DNA of 30,192 nt, taken from IMG/VR virus record IMGVR_UViG_3300029071_000017; one strand, written 5' to 3'. The notes below the pieces were generated by a model. The model saw only the letters and a list, made by a program, of their open reading frames with translations. It was not told the origin of the DNA and ran no database searches. Source of the DNA: a virus. Taxonomy: Duplodnaviria; Heunggongvirae; Uroviricota; Caudoviricetes. Positions within the stretch are counted from its first letter, which is position 1, and each line of letters starts with the position of its first letter. This document shows, one piece after another, positions 26,149 to 30,192 of this stretch. A program made the translations under genes and the position numbers.

Positions 26149-26685
26149 ATGTCATTTATTAAAACTTTTTCCGGGAAGCATTTTTATTATGACAGGATAA
26201 ATAAAGACGACATCGTTATTAACGATATCGCGGTTTCCCTTTCAAATATCTGTCGCTTTGCAGGACATCTTTCACACTTCTACAGTGTCGCCCAACATGC
26301 GGTGCTTTGCAGCCAGCTGGTGCCGCAGGAATTTGCTTTTGAAGCTTTAATGCATGATGCAACAGAAGCATATTGCCAGGACATCCCCGCACCACTGAAA
26401 CGACTTCTTCCTGACTATAAACGGATGGAAGAAAAAATAGACGCCGTAATCCGTGAGAAATACGGGTTACCTCCTGTTATGAGCACGCCAGTGAAATATG
26501 CCGATCTCATTATGCTGGCAACCGAACGCCGCGATCTCGGGCTTGATGATGGCTCTTTCTGGCCTGTGCTGGAAGGTATCCCGGCAACAGAGATGTTCAA
26601 CGTGATTCCACTGGCTCCAGGCCATGCCTACGGGATGTTTATGGAACGCTTTAACGAATTATCGGAGTTACGCAAATGCGCATGA
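26149..26685 (+). CDS. HD-domain phosphohydrolase
   Basis: ORF 26122-26685; start set at MSFIKTF with GGAG upstream; His...HD pattern (...SVAQHAV..., ...LMHDATEAY...). Confidence 0.6.
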   Translation: MSFIKTFSGKHFYYDRINKDDIVINDIAVSLSNICRFAGHLSHFYSVAQHAVLCSQLVPQEFAFEALMHDATEAYCQDIPAPLKRLLPDYKRMEEKIDAVIREKYGLPPVMSTPVKYADLIMLATERRDLGLDDGSFWPVLEGIPATEMFNVIPLAPGHAYGMFMERFNELSELRKCA

Positions 26686-27038
26686 ATGTTTTCGAAATGG
26701 AAGGGTTTCTTCGTGGGAGATGTGTACCGCGAGATCTGAAAGTGAATGAAACGGATGCTGAATACCTGGTGCGTAAATTCGATGCGCTTGAAGCTAAATG
26801 TGCAGCACAGGAAAACAAAGTAATACCAGTGTCAACTGAACTGCCACCAGCAAATGAAAGTGTTTTGTTATTCGATGCTAACGGAGAAGGCTGGCTAATT
26901 GGCTGGCGTTCTCTCTGGTACACCTGGGGACAAAAAGAAACCGGAGAATGGCAGTGGACATTTCAGGTCGGGGACCTTGAAAACGTCAATATCACTCACT
27001 GGGCAGTAATGCCAAAAGCACCGGAGGCTGGAGCATAA
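26676..27038 (+). CDS. Hypothetical early protein (Trp-rich small protein)
   Basis: 120-aa ORF overlapping the HD gene end by 10 nt; same strand and operon as xis/int. Confidence 0.5.
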   Translation: MRMNVFEMEGFLRGRCVPRDLKVNETDAEYLVRKFDALEAKCAAQENKVIPVSTELPPANESVLLFDANGEGWLIGWRSLWYTWGQKETGEWQWTFQVGDLENVNITHWAVMPKAPEAGA

Positions 27039-27343
27039 TGACCACTTTTACCGACAAAGAACTGATTAAAGAAATTAAAGAGCGTATCAGCAGCCTTGAC
27101 GTGCGAGACGATATTGAGCGCCGTGCTTATGAAATCGCACTCCTATCTCTGGAAGTAGAACCAGATGAACGCGAAGCTTATGAATTATTCATGGAAAAGC
27201 GTTTTGGTGACTTAGTAGATCGTCGGAGAGCAAAAAACGGCGATAACGAATACATGGCATGGGATATGACTCTCGGTTGGATCGTCTGGCAGCAACGAGC
27301 TGGTATCCATTTCTCAACAATGTCACAGCAAGAGGTGAAATAA
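27038..27343 (+). CDS. Hypothetical early protein
   Basis: 101-aa ORF with ATGA overlap upstream and TAATG overlap with xis. Confidence 0.5.
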   Translation: MTTFTDKELIKEIKERISSLDVRDDIERRAYEIALLSLEVEPDEREAYELFMEKRFGDLVDRRRAKNGDNEYMAWDMTLGWIVWQQRAGIHFSTMSQQEVK

Positions 27344-27693
27344 TGGAGCCATACAGCCTCACACTCGATGAGGCCTGTCATTTTCTCAAGATATCCAGAC
27401 CGACTGCCATTAACTGGATACGCACAGGGCGTCTTCAGGCAACACGCAAAGATCCCACTAAGAATAAATCTCCTTACCTCACAACACGACAAGCCTGCAT
27501 TGCGGCTCTTCAGTCTCCGCTGCATACTGTCCAGGTGAGCGCGGGTGATGGCATAACAGAGGAAAGAAAATGTCACTCTTCCGCAGAGGTGAAATATGGT
27601 ACGCCAGTTTCACATTGCCGAACGGTAAAAGATTTAAACAGTCTCTTGGAACAAAGGACAAAAGGCAGGCGACAGAACTCCATGACAAGCTAA
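27343..27693 (+). CDS. xis: Excisionase (P22-type)
   Basis: ORF 27259-27693; start set at [38 protein letters not shown], which resembles P22 Xis as I recall it; immediately upstream of and overlapping int. Confidence 0.75.
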   Translation: MEPYSLTLDEACHFLKISRPTAINWIRTGRLQATRKDPTKNKSPYLTTRQACIAALQSPLHTVQVSAGDGITEERKCHSSAEVKYGTPVSHCRTVKDLNSLLEQRTKGRRQNSMTS

Positions 27694-28733
27694 AGGCTGA
27701 AGCATGGCGGGTCAGCAAACTTGGTGAAATACCTGATATAACGTTCGAGGAAGCGTGTGTCAGGTGGCTTGAAGAGAAAGCACATAAAAAATCACTGGAC
27801 GATGACAAAAGCCGGATCGGATTCTGGCTTCAACATTTCGCAGGAATGCAACTAAGAGACATTACTGAATCAAAAATTTATTCAGCAATGCAGAAAATGA
27901 CGAACCGGCGTCATGAGGAAAACTGGAAACTCAGGGCAGAAGCATGCAGAAAAAAAGGGAAACCTGTTCCAGAATACACGCCAAAACCAGCGTCCGTTGC
28001 AACGAAGGCTACGCATCTTTCATTTATAAAGGCCCTACTAAGAGCCGCAGAGCGTGAATGGAAAATGCTGGATAAGGCACCAATTATTAAAGTGCCTCAA
28101 CCAAAGAATAAACGGATCCGCTGGCTGGAGCCCCATGAAGCACAAAGGCTGATTGATGAATGTCCGGAGCCATTAAAGTCTGTTGTTGAATTTGCACTGG
28201 CAACAGGCTTAAGACGCTCGAACATCATCAACCTTGAATGGCAACAAATAGATATGCAGCGCCGGGTGGCATGGATAAACCCGGAAGAGAGTAAATCAAA
28301 CCGCGCAATTGGCGTTGCGCTGAATGATACTGCATGTCGCGTATTGAAAAAACAAATCGGGAATCATCACCGTTGGGTATTTGTGTACAAGGAAAGCTGT
28401 ACCAAACCAGACGGAACGAAAGCGCCAACAGTAAGGAAGATGCGGTATGACGCAAACACAGCCTGGAAAGCGGCGCTGAGACGGGCTGGTATTGATGATT
28501 TCAGATTTCACGACTTGAGACACACCTGGGCAAGTTGGCTGGTTCAAGCCGGAGTCCCGTTGTCAGTGTTACAGGAAATGGGAGGCTGGGAGTCTATCGA
28601 AATGGTTCGTCGATATGCTCACCTTGCACCTAATCACCTTACCGAACACGCACGGCAAATAGACTCGATCCTGAACCCATCGGTCCCAAATTTGTCCCAG
28701 TCAAAAAATAAGGAAGGTACTAATGATGTGTAA
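27570..28733 (+). CDS. int: Tyrosine integrase (P22 Int-like)
   Basis: 387-aa [51 protein letters not shown]...; C-terminal R...HDLRHTWAS...MVRRYAHL catalytic signature; ends 14 nt before the tRNA 3' end. Confidence 0.9.
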   Translation: MSLFRRGEIWYASFTLPNGKRFKQSLGTKDKRQATELHDKLKAEAWRVSKLGEIPDITFEEACVRWLEEKAHKKSLDDDKSRIGFWLQHFAGMQLRDITESKIYSAMQKMTNRRHEENWKLRAEACRKKGKPVPEYTPKPASVATKATHLSFIKALLRAAEREWKMLDKAPIIKVPQPKNKRIRWLEPHEAQRLIDECPEPLKSVVEFALATGLRRSNIINLEWQQIDMQRRVAWINPEESKSNRAIGVALNDTACRVLKKQIGNHHRWVFVYKESCTKPDGTKAPTVRKMRYDANTAWKAALRRAGIDDFRFHDLRHTWASWLVQAGVPLSVLQEMGGWESIEMVRRYAHLAPNHLTEHARQIDSILNPSVPNLSQSKNKEGTNDV

Positions 28734-28747
28734 CTTATTGATTTAAA

Positions 28748-28823
28748 TGGTGCCGATAATAGGAGTCGAACCTACGACCTTCGCATTACGAATGCGCTGC
28801 TCTACCAACTGAGCTATATCGGC
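28748..28823 (-). tRNA. thrW: tRNA-Thr (anticodon CGU), thrW-type; prophage attachment site at its 3' end
   Basis: Reverse complement reads GCCGATATAGCTCAGTTGGTAGAGCAGCGCATTCGTAATGCGAAGGTCGTAGGTTCGACTCCTATTATCGGCACCA: 7-bp acceptor stem, CGT anticodon in a 7-nt loop, T-arm GGTTCGACTCC, 3' CCA. Coordinates within 1 bp. Confidence 0.9.
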
Positions 28824-28938
28824 CCTGAAAAGGACATGTTCACGAACGTGAATCACGGTGGACAAGGTTAAAACTAACCGGGCGATGCGTCAATGGCCTT
28901 GTGAATCAAATGGCTACTTTTGCATCACCCGGTTTTAT

Positions 28939-30192
28939 TTACGCACGAACGGTGTAATCACCAATACCGATCCACTTGTAGGTGGTCAGCGCTTCCAGCC
29001 CCATTGGTCCGCGTGCGTGGAGTTTTTGCGTGCTTACCGCCACTTCCGCGCCAAGACCAAACTGGCCGCCGTCGGTGAAACGTGTAGACGCGTTAACGTA
29101 AACAGCAGAGGAGTCCACTTCATTGACAAAACGCTGGGCATTGCGCATATCACGCGTCAGGATCGCATCGGAGTGTTGCGTCCCGTGTTCACGAATATGG
29201 GCGATGGCGTCGTCAAGATCGCTGACGATTTTGACGTTCAAATCTAACGACAGGAATTCATCGTCATACTCTTCCGCCTTAACAGCCACCACTTTCGCAG
29301 ATCCTGCCTGCAACTGCGCCAGTGCCGCAGCATCGGCGTGTAACGTCACGCCGCTTTCCGCCATTTGCTTGCTTAACGCAGGCAGGAAGTTATCAGCGAT
29401 GTTTTTATTCACCAGCAACGTTTCTACCGTATTGCAGGTACTCGGACGCTGGGTTTTCGCGTTGACGATCACTTTCAGGGCTGCAGAAATGTCAGCACTT
29501 TCATCAACGTAAATATGGCAGACGCCAATGCCGCCAGTGATCACCGGAATTGTCGACTGCTCGCGGCACAGCTTATGCAAACCAGCACCACCACGCGGGA
29601 TCAACATGTCGATGTATTTATCCATGCGCAGCATTTCACTCACCAGCGCGCGATCCGGATTATCAATCGCCTGCACTGCGCCTGCCGGTAAACCGCAGGA
29701 TTTCAGGGCGTCCTGAATCACCGCTACCGTTGCAGCGTTAGTGCGACAGGTTTCTTTGCCGCCGCGCAGGATCACCGCGTTACCGGTTTTCAGACACAGC
29801 GAAGCGACATCAACTGTCACGTTCGGACGCGCTTCATAAATTACACCTATAACACCCAGCGGCACGCGGCGACGCTCCAGACGCAGACCGCTGTCCAGCA
29901 CACCTCCATCAATCACCTGCCCTACCGGATCGGCAAGATTACACACCTGCCGCACATCGTCGGCAATGCCTTTCAGGCGCGCGGGCGTTAACGCCAGACG
30001 GTCAAGCATCGCTTCGCTAAGGCCATTGGCACGCGCGTCAGCAACATCCTGGGCGTTAGCATCGAGGATGCTTTCGCTCTGTGCTTCCAGCTCATCAGCG
30101 ATCTTTTCCAGCACGCGATTTTTTTCGCGGCTGGAGAGTTGCGCTAATTTATACGAGGCTTGCTTCGCAGCAATGCCCATTTGTTCCAGCAT
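28939..30192 (-). CDS. proA: Gamma-glutamyl phosphate reductase (host gene, complete)
   Basis: 417-aa [41 protein letters not shown]... matches E. coli ProA; start codon is the last three bases of the window. Confidence 0.95.
   Translation of the reverse strand: MLEQMGIAAKQASYKLAQLSSREKNRVLEKIADELEAQSESILDANAQDVADARANGLSEAMLDRLALTPARLKGIADDVRQVCNLADPVGQVIDGGVLDSGLRLERRRVPLGVIGVIYEARPNVTVDVASLCLKTGNAVILRGGKETCRTNAATVAVIQDALKSCGLPAGAVQAIDNPDRALVSEMLRMDKYIDMLIPRGGAGLHKLCREQSTIPVITGGIGVCHIYVDESADISAALKVIVNAKTQRPSTCNTVETLLVNKNIADNFLPALSKQMAESGVTLHADAAALAQLQAGSAKVVAVKAEEYDDEFLSLDLNVKIVSDLDDAIAHIREHGTQHSDAILTRDMRNAQRFVNEVDSSAVYVNASTRFTDGGQFGLGAEVAVSTQKLHARGPMGLEALTTYKWIGIGDYTVRA

Noticed and set aside
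28824-28938. Imperfect long inverted repeat (CCGGGTGATGC ... GCATCGCCCGG) between thrW and proA
   Set aside because: Lies in host intergenic DNA where the proA terminator and tRNA promoter are expected; nothing suggests it belongs to the prophage.

Overview
This window is the right-hand ~28.7 kb of a mosaic lambdoid prophage integrated at a host tRNA-Thr gene (anticodon CGU, thrW-type), followed by the complete host proA gene. Reading left to right: lambda-like tail genes on the minus strand (J partial, I, K, L, M, H, G/T with a -1 frameshift, V, U, Z); head genes (FII-like, small decoration-like protein, a single ORF fusing ClpP-like protease to an HK97-type major capsid protein, portal, W); terminase large and small subunits; a lambda-like cos site; lysis cassette (Rz/Rz1, R endolysin, holin); an opposite-strand AT-rich moron (17704-18450) between Q and the lysis genes; a Q antiterminator; a nin-type region (RusA, KilA-N protein, one gene broken by an 85-N assembly gap); LexA-DBD-like and PerC-like regulators; a replication initiator with internal iterons; CII-like and Cro-like genes; a divergent immunity region with a CI/C2-type S24 repressor; a rightward early operon (small ORF, a convergent AT-rich 144-aa gene, ~540 bp of GC-rich structured non-coding DNA, HD-domain hydrolase, two small ORFs); P22-type xis/int; attR at the tRNA 3' end. 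The two best candidates for undescribed biology are the Q-lysis moron with HNH-like zinc-finger motifs (17704-18450) and the convergent 144-aa gene plus adjacent structured non-coding region (25170-26148). Product calls rest on my recall of lambda, P22 and E. coli proteins, not on a database search. Coordinates of CDSs come from the ORF track; coordinates of non-coding elements were read by eye and may be off by 1-3 bp.
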